NCBI GenBank assembly: GCA_001783715.1
Contig: MFNF01000061.1
Coordinates: forward strand, 6,722 to 70,721
DNA: 64,000 bases
Reading direction: 5' to 3'
Source of the DNA: Candidatus Lambdaproteobacteria bacterium RIFOXYD2_FULL_56_26
GTDB lineage: Bacteria; SAR324; XYD2-FULL-50-16
Part shown: positions 1 to 9,963 of the stretch, piece by piece
How the letters are laid out: each line of letters begins with the position of its first letter
Numbering within the stretch: the first letter of the stretch is position 1
Program-made: the position numbers and the translations under genes
Notes under the pieces: model-generated
What the model was told of the DNA's origin: nothing
The model's input: only the letters and a program-made list of their open reading frames with translations
Databases searched by the model: none

Positions 1-414
1 AACAAAATTTAGGGGAGAACCTTCCCGGCAGGGATTAAATTCAATATACTGATATACTGTGTTTTTACGTGAAGTGGCGGTGTTAATTGCCAACGGCCTA
101 GCGGGAAAAGAGCGGCTCTGGTGGTTCGCCTGGGGGGCAGCAAGCACCCGTTGGCTCGGGGGCTTGAGGGCACAACCAGCGGGGAGGGAGCCTCAAGACT
201 GCCCCCAGCGGGAAGGAGGTTCGGCCTGGTCGATCGGGAGGGGGCCCCTATCCGTCGGGGGGATTCATTTTTTATGTTGTAAGAACAATTGAATACCTTA
301 AGAATGCCCGGTTCGGGCAAAATGGGTCAAAAAAGAGTTGCACTCAACGGCAAGGCTGAACTACAAAGGTCCATCGGTCCAGACTACTAAAAACCTTACC
401 CCCAAGTCTCTGGC

Positions 415-1389
415 ATGAACCGTTCGTTTTGGCTCCCTTGGGTTGTCTTGGCCCAGTTGTTTGGCCCCCACCCCCAGGCCCTCGCTTTCGCCCCCCTGGA
501 CCGGCCCGACCCGTCCACTTTGGGTCCTGCGGCCAGCGCCGAATTGGTGGAATTGGGCAAGGTCCTGTTTTTTGACCCCCGACTTTCGATCAATGACCGC
601 CTTTCTTGTGCCAGCTGCCACAACCCGGACCTGGGTTTTTCCGATGGTTTGGCCTTGGGGTTGGGCACCAACGATGGGAAACTGGGCCGCAATACCCCGC
701 ACCTGTACAATCTGGCCTGGGGGGTACGGTTTTTTTGGGACGGCCGGGCCAAGAGCCTCGAAGAACAGGCCCTGGGGCCGGTCCTGTCCCCGGAGGAGAT
801 GGCCATGGACCTGAAGGTACTGCTGCCCAAACTCCAGGCGGTTCCCTTGTATGCCCAGGCCTTTGCCAAACAGTTCCCCCAGGAAGGTTTGACCGCCGGT
901 ACGGTGGCCCAAGCGATTGCGGCTTTCGAGCGTACCTTGGTGGTCAACGAAACCCCCTATGACCGGTACCTCCAGGGGGACAAGTCGGCCCTTGACCCGG
1001 CGGCGGTGAGGGGGCTGACGCTGTTCAAGGAAAAGGCCCATTGTGCGGTCTGCCACGAAGGCCCCAACCTGACCGACAACGGCTTCCACAACCTGGGCCT
1101 GGAGAGTCCCGACCTGGGCCGCTACCAGATCGACAAACGAAAAATTCTCTACAAGGCTTTTAAGACTCCGGGCTTGCGCAACATCGCCTTGTCCGCACCC
1201 TACATGCATGACGGCTCCCTGGGGACCTTGGAAGCGGTGGTCCGGTTTTACAACCAAGGGGGCGGGAAGGGGAACAAGGACCTGGAGCTGAAGCCCTTGG
1301 AACTGAGCGAACGGGAAATCTACGACTTGGTCGCCTTTTTGGGCTCCTTGACCCAACCCTTAGGCATCAAAAGGCCGGAGATTCCCTGA
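415..1389 (+). CDS. di-haem cytochrome c peroxidase (CCP/MauG family), exported
   Basis: 324-aa ORF with two CxxCH haem motifs (CASCH, CAVCH), an N-terminal signal peptide and conserved CCP blocks (FFWDGR, PYMHDG). Confidence 0.85.
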   Translation: MNRSFWLPWVVLAQLFGPHPQALAFAPLDRPDPSTLGPAASAELVELGKVLFFDPRLSINDRLSCASCHNPDLGFSDGLALGLGTNDGKLGRNTPHLYNLAWGVRFFWDGRAKSLEEQALGPVLSPEEMAMDLKVLLPKLQAVPLYAQAFAKQFPQEGLTAGTVAQAIAAFERTLVVNETPYDRYLQGDKSALDPAAVRGLTLFKEKAHCAVCHEGPNLTDNGFHNLGLESPDLGRYQIDKRKILYKAFKTPGLRNIALSAPYMHDGSLGTLEAVVRFYNQGGGKGNKDLELKPLELSEREIYDLVAFLGSLTQPLGIKRPEIP

Positions 1390-1758
1390 AATGGTGGGGG
1401 CTTAAGGACGGGAGGCAGGCCGAGTTTTTTCCTCTTGAGCCAGCCCCCTGGGCCTGGGCGCCAAAAAACCGGTTTTCCTGGAGAAAAACCTGCGGCCTGG
1501 TTACTCCCCCTAAACCGGCACCGGCCCCTGCTCCTCAGGCACCCAAATACCTCTTTTTGTCCCCTCAATCCGGCACCGGCAGTCTCCGTCGGGCCTCTGC
1601 TTGCCGCTTTCCCTCTCTTGCCCCCGTCTCCGGCCAGTGAGGTTGTTTTGCCCTTTGCCTGGGTTCTTGCCCCCTTCCATACCCCATTGGATTGACCCTA
1701 GGGTTCACGTGCCCCGGAGCCTGGGGCCAAACAAAATCCGACAGAAAAAGAGACTGGA

Positions 1759-3876
1759 TTGGCTCTGGTTATGGGCGAGGTAAAGTTTTTCCCCCAACAG
1801 CACCCAATTTTTCCGGCCAAAACCAAAAAACCGTTCGGTTTTTGGCCGATTTTGACCGCATTTCTTGTGGTCCCTTTGGGGCAATCTGCTAGCCTTGAGG
1901 GCATTGATCCCTACCTTTCCAAGACCAAAAGCCAAATCGCCTGGTTTTTTTGCATGCGTGAACAAGAAACGGAACGTACTACCCGGGAATACCTGACTAG
2001 AAGGTTGCAGGAAGCCGCTTTGGCGATCCAATCCTTGTTGCAGTTGCAGTCCGCTTTGGTGGAAATCCTACCGGTTCTGCCTCGAGAGTTGGGCGAACGG
2101 CAAGAGGCCCTCCGGGCCAAGGCCAAGCGGTTTCTAAATCAGTCTCCACCTGCCTCCCCGGCCCCCAAACCCCTGGTTCCCACTCGGGTGGCAGTCCTGG
2201 CCGAGGAACTGGCGGAAACCTTTGGTCCGGTCTTGGAACGGAAGGGAATGTTCCTGTCTTTGAAGGTGGATCAGGAAATCACCCTACCTTACCCCCAAGA
2301 GTCCCTTTCTTGCCTCTTGCACCTGCTGTTGGAAAATGCGGTCCGGCTCACCTTTGGGGGAGCGATCCTCCTGGTGGCCAAGCTTCAGGACGACAAGGTG
2401 CTGGTAGAAGTGGCGGACCAAGGGGCGGGGCTGGACCCCAAACAGCTCAAGAGGCTGGAACTGGGGCTCGACCCTGTTCCTTCGGACACCTATGGCTTGG
2501 TCTTGGCCAAAGCGCTGGCCGAAGAAATGGGTGTCGGCTGGGTGATTTCCTCCGAACCGAACCAGGGCACCCGAGTGAGCCTTTGGTTTGGTACGGCCCC
2601 TTGGCCCAAACTGCCGCCCTTGCCCCCCCTTTCGGCCAAGGAAAAGCCCCCGGGCGGTCCGCAGCCCAAGGTCTTGGTGATCACCCAAGAGGAACGGACC
2701 TTAAACCTGATGAAGCTCTACCTGCAACAAAGGTTCGACAGTCTGACCGCCTCCAGCGGGCAGATGGGGCTGGAGTGGCTGGAACAAGAAAAGGTGGACT
2801 TGATCCTGGTGGACCTTTCGATGACCGGCCTGGACGGGCTGGATGTGCTCGCCGAGGTCCGGGAAAATTACGGCAAACGGGAATTGCCGGTGATTTTTTT
2901 GGTCCACGAAGAGGAAAGCCCCCAGTTTGGAAGATTGTTGCGTCTCGGTGGGAACGACTGCCTAAAAAAACCGGTAAACCCCGACGAACTGTTGGCCAAA
3001 CTGGAATTTCACTTGGCCCAGAAGACCCACTTTTTGGAATTGACCCAAAGGGGGGACAACCTGGAACAGCAACTTTCCTTGCGGGAGTGGCAGCTCAGCT
3101 TGCTGGCCAAGCAGGTCCCCCTGATGGGGCAGGTGGGCTTGCCCTTGGGGGCTCCGGTCATTGGCTTTAGTCCCAATTTTTTGATCCAATACCTCAGCCC
3201 CGAAGCTTTGTTGTTGCTCGATGGCAGTCTGCTTGAAGCGTTAAGCCAGCCTTTAAGCCAATACCTACCCTTGGATTGGCCCTGGCTGTTCGAGCAGATC
3301 GGCGAGTTGGGCCCCAAGATGGGACTGGTGCTGTTTACGGCCAAGGAAAAACGCTCCTTGTGGCTCTTTCGCAGCGAAAACGGTGGAGCCTTGGCCTTTG
3401 GGCCAGAACGGCTGGAGCTGCCCGAGCCTCCTTTTGTGAGTGCCCAAGTCTTTCGGGTCAAAAAAAGACAAAAAGGCAAGGACAGTTTTGGCCCCTTGGC
3501 TTACCAGTTGGACTTCCCCAAGGTGGGTCCCAAGGCGGTCTCCCCGGCGAGGGTGAAGATGCCCGAATTGATCGCCGAATTGATGGGAGCCTGTTTGGCC
3601 TTGTGGGAGCGGAAAACCCGGGCCGACAAGGTGGAGCTGGCCGACCAGAGTGGTCTTTGGATTGCGGCGGCGGACAAAAAAGGTACCTACCGGACCAAAA
3701 CCCTGGACCGTTACCTGGACCCCCACAAGGTCCCCAAGCACCCTCGGGTCCAGACGGTTTTGCAGACCGCCTACTTTGTTTGCCAGAGGTTTGCCAAGGA
3801 GGAACCCAAGGAAGTGGCCCGGATCGAGGCCTTGGCCCGGAGGTTGGAGGTGAGCTTGGGGCAGAAACGGCCTTAA
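1759..3876 (+). CDS. GHKL-ATPase + receiver-domain signalling protein (hybrid kinase-like; no clear HisKA)
   Basis: HATPase_c-like block (LLENAVRL...DQGAGLD...GLVLAK) followed by a REC domain (KVLVITQEE...DLILVDLSMTGLDG...KKP). C-terminal ~300 aa unassigned; true start uncertain. Confidence 0.55.
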   Translation: MALVMGEVKFFPQQHPIFPAKTKKPFGFWPILTAFLVVPLGQSASLEGIDPYLSKTKSQIAWFFCMREQETERTTREYLTRRLQEAALAIQSLLQLQSALVEILPVLPRELGERQEALRAKAKRFLNQSPPASPAPKPLVPTRVAVLAEELAETFGPVLERKGMFLSLKVDQEITLPYPQESLSCLLHLLLENAVRLTFGGAILLVAKLQDDKVLVEVADQGAGLDPKQLKRLELGLDPVPSDTYGLVLAKALAEEMGVGWVISSEPNQGTRVSLWFGTAPWPKLPPLPPLSAKEKPPGGPQPKVLVITQEERTLNLMKLYLQQRFDSLTASSGQMGLEWLEQEKVDLILVDLSMTGLDGLDVLAEVRENYGKRELPVIFLVHEEESPQFGRLLRLGGNDCLKKPVNPDELLAKLEFHLAQKTHFLELTQRGDNLEQQLSLREWQLSLLAKQVPLMGQVGLPLGAPVIGFSPNFLIQYLSPEALLLLDGSLLEALSQPLSQYLPLDWPWLFEQIGELGPKMGLVLFTAKEKRSLWLFRSENGGALAFGPERLELPEPPFVSAQVFRVKKRQKGKDSFGPLAYQLDFPKVGPKAVSPARVKMPELIAELMGACLALWERKTRADKVELADQSGLWIAAADKKGTYRTKTLDRYLDPHKVPKHPRVQTVLQTAYFVCQRFAKEEPKEVARIEALARRLEVSLGQKRP

Positions 3877-4280
3877 GAAGGGTAACGTTCCAAGATCTCG
3901 TTGATCGATTCGGCGGCCAACTCGGCAACCTGGAACTGGGGGTCGCTCAACAGGGGCCTCAAGGCGTGGACCTGTTCGGGACCGCCGATCACCCCCAAGG
4001 CGGTAGCCGCATCGGCACGGAAGACCGCTTCCTTGTGGTGCAGGATCGGTTCGATCAACTTGGCCAGACCGCCGCAGCCTTCGCAGCCCGTCTCCGCCAA
4101 TTCCTGGAGCAGCACATAGACCCCCGCCCGAACCCGAAACCGCTGGTCCGCCAAGAGCCGGGGGAAATGGGCATAATAGCCCTTCACCATTTGCAGCATC
4201 AGCCGGACATTGTCGATTTCCCCGTCGTTGAGCTGGTCCGCCAAAAAGGCGGCTTGGGTTTCCTGCTCCTTGAGGTCGAT
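3873..4280 (-). CDS. HEAT-repeat (PBS-lyase-like) protein
   Basis: Short repeated helical units resembling PBS-lyase HEAT repeats (ATALGVIGGPEQVHALRPLL); start taken at internal Met (MIDLKEQ). Confidence 0.45.
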   Translation of the reverse strand: MDLKEQETQAAFLADQLNDGEIDNVRLMLQMVKGYYAHFPRLLADQRFRVRAGVYVLLQELAETGCEGCGGLAKLIEPILHHKEAVFRADAATALGVIGGPEQVHALRPLLSDPQFQVAELAAESINEILERYPS

Positions 4281-4416
4281 CATCCTTGAGACTCCGAAAA
4301 GGTTTGGGGTATTGTACCTCATCTTGCCCGAAGTCGAAAGGAAAAAAAGGGGGCAGTGCCCTGGGACACTCCCCCTTCTTTGTGTTGCGGTGCTCCCTGG
4401 TGGTGTGCCCCGGACC

Positions 4417-4815
4417 TTAATGGACCGTCACCTTCCGGGCCTGTTCCTCTGCCCGTTTGGGCAGGGTCAGTTGCAAAACCCCGTCGTTTAAGGTCGCCTG
4501 GATGCCTTCCCGGTCAATCTCCTGGGACAGCAGGAAGGTACGGCGGTAATGGCCAATGTTGTATTCGGCGTAAACCGCCTTGAGGGACTCGTACCTTTGG
4601 GTGTCGATCCGGCCTTCGATGGTCAGCTGGTTTTTCTCCAACGAGACCTCGACCCGGTCCTTGGTGACCCCGGCCATGTCCAAGGTGACCAAGAGCGCTT
4701 GGTCGGTCTCCAGGATGTCGGCCAGAGGTTGGTAGTAGCGGAGCGACTCGGCCCGCATCTCCGGCTGGGTCTCGGCTTGTTTGTGCTGGGTGGCCGATGC
4801 AGTTTTGTTGTCCAT
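4417..4815 (-). CDS. Hsp20/alpha-crystallin small heat-shock protein
   Basis: 132 aa; alpha-crystallin domain signature (dgvLtltlPK), typical size. Confidence 0.8.
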   Translation of the reverse strand: MDNKTASATQHKQAETQPEMRAESLRYYQPLADILETDQALLVTLDMAGVTKDRVEVSLEKNQLTIEGRIDTQRYESLKAVYAEYNIGHYRRTFLLSQEIDREGIQATLNDGVLQLTLPKRAEEQARKVTVH

Positions 4816-4845
4816 GGTTCCTCCTTTGGTGGGTAAAGGTTCAAG

Positions 4846-5265
4846 TCAGCCGATCAGGATGGCCTTGGGCTTGGCGCTTTCGCAGATGGGCAAGAGGACC
4901 GCCAAGACCCCGTCCTTCAGTTCTGCCTTGATCTTCTCCGGGTCGATCTCTTCTTTAAAGTTCAAGGTCCGGTCAAACTGGTAGTCCGACCGCTCCCTTC
5001 TGTGGGTGCTGGCCTCTTGGGGGAGGGAAACCTGCCGTTTGCCGCTGATCCGCAAGGCCGAACCCTTGAATTCCAGGTTCAAGTCTTCTTTTTTTAGCCC
5101 CGGCAATTCCAGGGTGACCAAATAATTGTCTCCCTCGTTAAAGACGTTGGCCTTTGGGCTGGCGTTGGTCCAGGGAGAGGGACCAAAAAAACTGCTGCCG
5201 AAGGCTTGTTCCACAGCGCTTTGCAGATCCCAAAGCGCATCAAAACGGGGGTGAGTACCAACCAT
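4846..5265 (-). CDS. Hsp20/alpha-crystallin small heat-shock protein (second tandem copy)
   Basis: 139 aa; alpha-crystallin domain (dgvLavllP), tandem with the previous Hsp20. Confidence 0.8.
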   Translation of the reverse strand: MVGTHPRFDALWDLQSAVEQAFGSSFFGPSPWTNASPKANVFNEGDNYLVTLELPGLKKEDLNLEFKGSALRISGKRQVSLPQEASTHRRERSDYQFDRTLNFKEEIDPEKIKAELKDGVLAVLLPICESAKPKAILIG

Positions 5266-5587
5266 GATGACCTCCTCGGGTTTGGGTTGAGGTTGGGTGT
5301 GTTTACGAGTTTCTTAATTTCAAAGGCCGTACCATTCCATAAAACATAATGTTTTTAATTAAGTAAGCCTTATCATCCAACCAAGATTAGGTCAAAATGG
5401 CCTAGCTGGGACCCGGCGGTGCAGCCAGATTGGCCTCCTTCTTGGGGCAAAAAGACCGGTTCTGCTCTTGATCTTGTCCTTGTCTCTTGGTTGTACCCAT
5501 GATAGGCTCCAGAAGGTGTACGGACCCTGCTTTTGGCCTGTGGTCCAACTGCGTTGGGAATCCCCCTCTTTTTTTGAGGTCTGACTG

Positions 5588-6589
5588 ATGCGTTCCAGAC
5601 TGACGTTGGGGCTTTTGGGTGGGCTCTTTGTCCTGCTCATTACCGATCTTTTTGGGGTTGGGAACCTGCAACGGTTGATCGAAACGGTGCTGCCGCCGCC
5701 TAGTGGACGCAAGCCCAACCTGCTGGTCGGGACCAACCCTTGGCCGGGCTATGCTCCCTTTTACCTAGCCCGAAGGCTGGGGCTCTACCAAGGCAAAGGT
5801 GTTGATTTTGTGGAATACCCCAGCACCAGCATGACGCTCAAGGCGCTGCGCAACGGAGCCATCCAGGCCGCCGCCCTGACCTTGGATGAAACCCTGCAGC
5901 TCTACGAGCTGGGGACGCAGTTTAAGGTGGTGCTGGTCTTGGACTATTCGGCCGGGGCCGATGCCATCTTAGCCCGCCCTCCCTTGGCCAGTTTGGCCGA
6001 CCTGAAGAACAAAAAAATAGCTTTTGAAAATAGTACATTAGGCGGGTATTTTTTGACCCGGACCTTGGAACGGAGCCGGATGCACCCCGATGACTTCGAG
6101 TTGGTGCCCCTGGAGGTTGACGAACATCTCCAGGCCTACCTGCAAGAGAAGGTGGATGGAGTGGTCACCATGGAGCCCTACAAGACTGCCTTGGAACGGG
6201 CCGGGGCCAAAAAGATCTTCAGTTCCAAAGACCTGCCCCAGGAGATTATTGATGTACTGGTGGTCCGGGAAGACTGGCTCGCCGGGGATGTCCGGGCTTT
6301 GAAGTTTTTGGCCGAAGGTTGGTTTGAGGCGCTCCGGCAGTTGCAGGAAGCGCCGGAGCAAATGGCTCCCCTTTTGGGCGAACAGCTGAACCTCAATCCC
6401 AAAGAGGCCCTGGAGGCCGTGGCGGGAGTCCAGCTCTTGGACCAAAAAGCCAATCTGGCGCTTTTTGTGGGCAGCCCTTCCCCCTTCGACCAGTCGGCCA
6501 GAGTGACCAATGATTTTCTCCTGAGCCACCAGCTGTTGTCCCGCAAAGTAAGCCTGGAAGGTTTGGCCGACCCTATTTTGCTGCGGTAA
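5588..6589 (+). CDS. periplasmic substrate-binding protein (NMT1/SsuA-like), probable partner of the downstream sensor kinase
   Basis: 333 aa with signal/TM N-terminus and type-2 periplasmic binding fold similar to sulfonate/nitrate/bicarbonate SBPs; ends 8 nt before the kinase gene. Confidence 0.6.
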   Translation: MRSRLTLGLLGGLFVLLITDLFGVGNLQRLIETVLPPPSGRKPNLLVGTNPWPGYAPFYLARRLGLYQGKGVDFVEYPSTSMTLKALRNGAIQAAALTLDETLQLYELGTQFKVVLVLDYSAGADAILARPPLASLADLKNKKIAFENSTLGGYFLTRTLERSRMHPDDFELVPLEVDEHLQAYLQEKVDGVVTMEPYKTALERAGAKKIFSSKDLPQEIIDVLVVREDWLAGDVRALKFLAEGWFEALRQLQEAPEQMAPLLGEQLNLNPKEALEAVAGVQLLDQKANLALFVGSPSPFDQSARVTNDFLLSHQLLSRKVSLEGLADPILLR

Positions 6590-6596
6590 AAGGACC

Positions 6597-9011
6597 ATGA
6601 ACCAGCCCATTTTGTTTCCACTTCGTTTGACCATTCCGCTGATACTGTTGCTTTTTACTGCAACTTTGTCCTTGTGGAGCATCAAATACAACGGTTCCTT
6701 GTCCAACGACAAAGTGGAGGCTCAGGCCAGCGCCGCCTTGATCCGCCTGATGACCCGGCTGCAAATCACCATCGAACATGCCTACGCCAAGGACGACAAA
6801 ACCGCCGTCTCCCGGGAGATCAGCGGGCTGGCTTCGGACCTCGACTACAGCTACATCCTTTTGTTTGACGAACGGGGCAAGATCCTGGCCTCGAACCGGT
6901 CCGCCTTTGTGGGGCAAGGGTTTATCGAAAAACTTGAATCGATCCCCGAAGGGGAGCGCCAGCAGATCTTCACCCATTTGAGTGAAGTGCGGCGCAATCT
7001 TTCGGGCCAAGTGTACCTAACCGAAGACCGGGGACGGCTGGTGGGGATCTATCCCTTGATCTTGAGCCAAAACTCCAAGGCCATCCGGGACCCTTCACGG
7101 GGATACCTGATGGTTTTTGAAGATCTGCTCGGACAAAAACGGGAGGCCTTGGAGTCGGTTTACCGGCAGTTGATCCAGTTTTGCTTGATTTTGGGGATTT
7201 TGACCGTTGGGCTGGGGGTCTTTTTTGACCAGATCGTCTCTCGGCGGATCAACCGGATTGTCGGGGTAACCCGGCGGGTAGGCCGGGGGGATTATTCAGT
7301 CCGCACTGGCCTGACCGGGCTCGATGAGATCGGCAGGCTGGCCTCGGCGATTGACGAAATGGCCCGGGCCCGGGCCGCCGCCGAAGGGATGTTGCTCAAG
7401 CTGAACCGGGCGGTCGAACAGAGCCCAGTCTCGGTGGTGATCACCGATTTGGCCGGGCAGATCGAATATGCCAACCCCAAACTTTTGGAGGTCACCGGCT
7501 ACGAACTGGAAGAGGTGATCGGCCAAAACCCCAGACTGTTTAAATCCGGGTACCACGACTCCCTGTTTTACCAAAAACTTTGGACCGAGCTGACCGCCGG
7601 AAGACAGTGGAAGGCGGAGATGCGCAACAAAAAGAAAAACGGGGAACCCTTTTGGGAATGGGTGACCATCACCCCCATTCTGGACGACTCGGGCCGGATC
7701 ATCAACTACCTGGGGGTCAAGGAAGACATCACCCTCAAAAAACAGCGAGACGAAGAACTGCTCAAGGCCCGGAGGGATGCAGAGGCGGCCAACCAAGCCA
7801 AAACCAACTTTCTGGCCACCATGAGCCACGAATTGCGCACCCCGATGAACGGCATCATGGGGATGAGTCAGATTCTTCTGGCCGAAGAGGAGTCGCCGGA
7901 CAAGCGTTCCATGCTGGACGTGGTGATGAATTCCTCCATCGCCCTGGTGGGGGTGCTAGACGAGATCCTCGACATCACCAAAATCGAGGCCAGCCAGTTC
8001 CAGGCCCACCTGGAGCCGACCGACCTCAACCAGTTGCTCAAGGACTTGGGCGAGATGTTCTGGGCCGCCGCCAAGTCCAAGAGCCTCGACCTGACCTGCT
8101 CGGCCCAAGGACTGACCCAAAGTTTGTACCAAGTGGACCCCAACATGGTCACCAAGGTGCTTTCCAACCTCCTGGCCAATGCGATTAAATTTACCGCCAA
8201 AGGTGCGGTCCGGCTCCGGGTCAAGGAGATCGAACTCCAAGGGGCTCTGGCCCTACGTTTTGAGGTGGAAGACACCGGTGTCGGGATTCCGGCCTCCAAG
8301 ATCGACCAGATCTTTTTGAGCTTCACCCAAGTGGACAGCAGCTCCACCCGGCGTTACGGCGGAGTGGGCTTGGGGCTGGCGATTGCGCTCAATTTAGTCC
8401 GGCTGATGGGCGGCGAACTGGGGGTCCAGAGTAGAGAAGGCGAGGGGAGTTTGTTTTGGTTTGAGTTGCAAGCACAACCGGGGATTAGCACCCGGGAGGC
8501 GGAGTTGGTGTTTGCTCCCCAGAACTCCAAAGAACCGGAAAACCTGGATTTAATCGAAACTTCCCCTAGGGTGCTCTCCAGGCGGACACAAACCCAAGGG
8601 GAGAACGGCAAAGGGAAAAAAATCCTGGTGGTGGAAGACGACAGCATCAATGCTTCGGTGATCCACCGGATCTTGACCTTAAACGATTTTACGGTGATCG
8701 AGGCGGAAAACGGAAAAAAAGCCTTGGAAATCCTGAGCACCCAAAGGGTGGACTTGGTCTTGATGGACTGCCTGATGCCAGTTTTAGACGGCTACCGGAC
8801 CTCCAAGATGATCCGGGATAAGGAAGCCAAAGGGGAACTCAAGGGCCATGTGCCCATTGTTGCGGTGACCGCCAAGGCGATGGAAGAGGACCGGGCCAAA
8901 TGCCTGGAATCCGGCATGGACGACTATCTGTCCAAGCCGGTGGAGATGAAGCACCTCTTGGAAATCATCGCCGACCTTCTGGGCCGAGACAAAGGCCGGG
9001 TCCTGCTTTAG
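6597..9011 (+). CDS. hybrid sensor histidine kinase/response regulator (periplasmic sensor-TM-HAMP-PAS-HisKA-HATPase-REC)
   Basis: Two TM segments flank a ~170-aa periplasmic domain; PAS ([15 protein letters not shown]); H-box ([15 protein letters not shown]); HATPase (N/G boxes); C-terminal REC (ILVVEDD...[14 protein letters not shown]...SKP). Confidence 0.9.
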   Translation: MNQPILFPLRLTIPLILLLFTATLSLWSIKYNGSLSNDKVEAQASAALIRLMTRLQITIEHAYAKDDKTAVSREISGLASDLDYSYILLFDERGKILASNRSAFVGQGFIEKLESIPEGERQQIFTHLSEVRRNLSGQVYLTEDRGRLVGIYPLILSQNSKAIRDPSRGYLMVFEDLLGQKREALESVYRQLIQFCLILGILTVGLGVFFDQIVSRRINRIVGVTRRVGRGDYSVRTGLTGLDEIGRLASAIDEMARARAAAEGMLLKLNRAVEQSPVSVVITDLAGQIEYANPKLLEVTGYELEEVIGQNPRLFKSGYHDSLFYQKLWTELTAGRQWKAEMRNKKKNGEPFWEWVTITPILDDSGRIINYLGVKEDITLKKQRDEELLKARRDAEAANQAKTNFLATMSHELRTPMNGIMGMSQILLAEEESPDKRSMLDVVMNSSIALVGVLDEILDITKIEASQFQAHLEPTDLNQLLKDLGEMFWAAAKSKSLDLTCSAQGLTQSLYQVDPNMVTKVLSNLLANAIKFTAKGAVRLRVKEIELQGALALRFEVEDTGVGIPASKIDQIFLSFTQVDSSSTRRYGGVGLGLAIALNLVRLMGGELGVQSREGEGSLFWFELQAQPGISTREAELVFAPQNSKEPENLDLIETSPRVLSRRTQTQGENGKGKKILVVEDDSINASVIHRILTLNDFTVIEAENGKKALEILSTQRVDLVLMDCLMPVLDGYRTSKMIRDKEAKGELKGHVPIVAVTAKAMEEDRAKCLESGMDDYLSKPVEMKHLLEIIADLLGRDKGRVLL

Positions 9012-9018
9012 GGGGAGC

Positions 9019-9630
9019 CTAGCCCTTGCGGTGCCACTGGGTAAAAAGAAAAAGCTGCTCCTTCCCCCAAGGGGTGGTGTGCAGGGTTTGGGCTTGTTGT
9101 ACCAGCTCAAACCCCGGCCCCCAGAGGGCCTGTAGGGACTCGATACTGTGCCGCACCACCGGCAACCCGCTGCACTTCTCCGGCCCCTGTGGGGCAAAAC
9201 CTCCGATCACCAACCTCCCCCCTTTGAGCAACGCCCCCTTCATCTGTTGCGCATAGACCTGCTGGTCCTTCGGGTCGGTCAAAAAATGCAGCACCGCCCG
9301 GTCGTGCCAACAGCGGTAACGGGGCTCCAAGGGCTGGGCCAAAAGATCGGCGGCGATCAGCTTGACCTGAGCCCTTTGGGCACCAAGCCTGTGGTGGACT
9401 TGGTCCAGGGCGGTCGGGCTCAGGTCCAAGAGGGTCACGTCCTCAAACCCCTCCGCCAGCAAATGGTCCACCAGATAAGAACAGCCGGCCCCTACGTCGA
9501 TCAAAGGCTGGGCCTCCTCCTTGGGGCCGATCATCTGGATCGACCTCTGTGGCTGGGTCTGGTACCAGCCCAACTGCTCAAAACTCTTTTGCTGGTAGGT
9601 TGATTCCCAATGTTGCCGTAACTCACTCAT
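9019..9630 (-). CDS. class I SAM-dependent methyltransferase
   Basis: SAM-binding motif I (IDVGAGCSYLVDHL) and acidic motif II (LLDLS); start set at Met preceding the MTase fold rather than at the ORF-track start. Confidence 0.7.
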   Translation of the reverse strand: MSELRQHWESTYQQKSFEQLGWYQTQPQRSIQMIGPKEEAQPLIDVGAGCSYLVDHLLAEGFEDVTLLDLSPTALDQVHHRLGAQRAQVKLIAADLLAQPLEPRYRCWHDRAVLHFLTDPKDQQVYAQQMKGALLKGGRLVIGGFAPQGPEKCSGLPVVRHSIESLQALWGPGFELVQQAQTLHTTPWGKEQLFLFTQWHRKG

Positions 9631-9683
9631 TGCTGATAAACTCCTAGGACCGATTTTGGCGAGACTCCGTTTCTCCATATGTA

Positions 9684-9727
9684 TATAGAGTAATTCTAAT
9701 AGAGTGATTTGTAATAGAGCAATTTGA
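9684..9727. promoter_or_regulatory. three direct ATAGAG-NN-ATT repeats at 16-bp spacing in the AT-rich divergent control region (methyltransferase <-> dsrC)
   Basis: atagagtaattc (9684), atagagtgattt (9700), atagagcaattt (9716); region 9631-9963 is ~70% AT in a ~60% GC genome. Confidence 0.4.
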
Positions 9728-9963
9728 GTTTTTTGGACGGGAGGGCGGGAAAAACAAACGAGGTTTCGTTCCGCTGACCGTAAGTAAATTTTATTTCCTG
9801 CTGTTATACAATGCTTTTTAAAGCCAAAAACCAGGGGCTCCAAAAAAAAAATCGAGCTATGCAAAAAATTATTGTAATTTTATATCGTTATATTAGAATA
9901 TATCAAATCTTTTATTACGAAACTGTTTTTCCTTGTTTTTTCAACCTTAACCAGAGGACCGAC

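Noticed and set aside
361-1356. 331-aa ORF antisense to the cytochrome c peroxidase gene
   Set aside because: The opposite strand encodes a protein with unmistakable CxxCH/CCP motifs. The antisense ORF has Gln/Gly/Arg-rich, low-complexity composition typical of high-GC artefacts.
1500-1585. Repeated ccggcaccggc motif (two copies ~64 bp apart) in the peroxidase-kinase intergenic region
   Set aside because: There are only two short copies in a GC-rich spacer, which is compatible with chance. They are noted in the kinase-like finding but not called as a feature.
9811-9963. N-terminal extension of the dsrC ORF through the AT-rich leader (MLFKAKNQ...)
   Set aside because: The extension reads through a non-coding, AT-rich promoter region with Ile/Tyr/Phe-rich junk. 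DsrC homologues start at the internal Met (MSFEVNGK).
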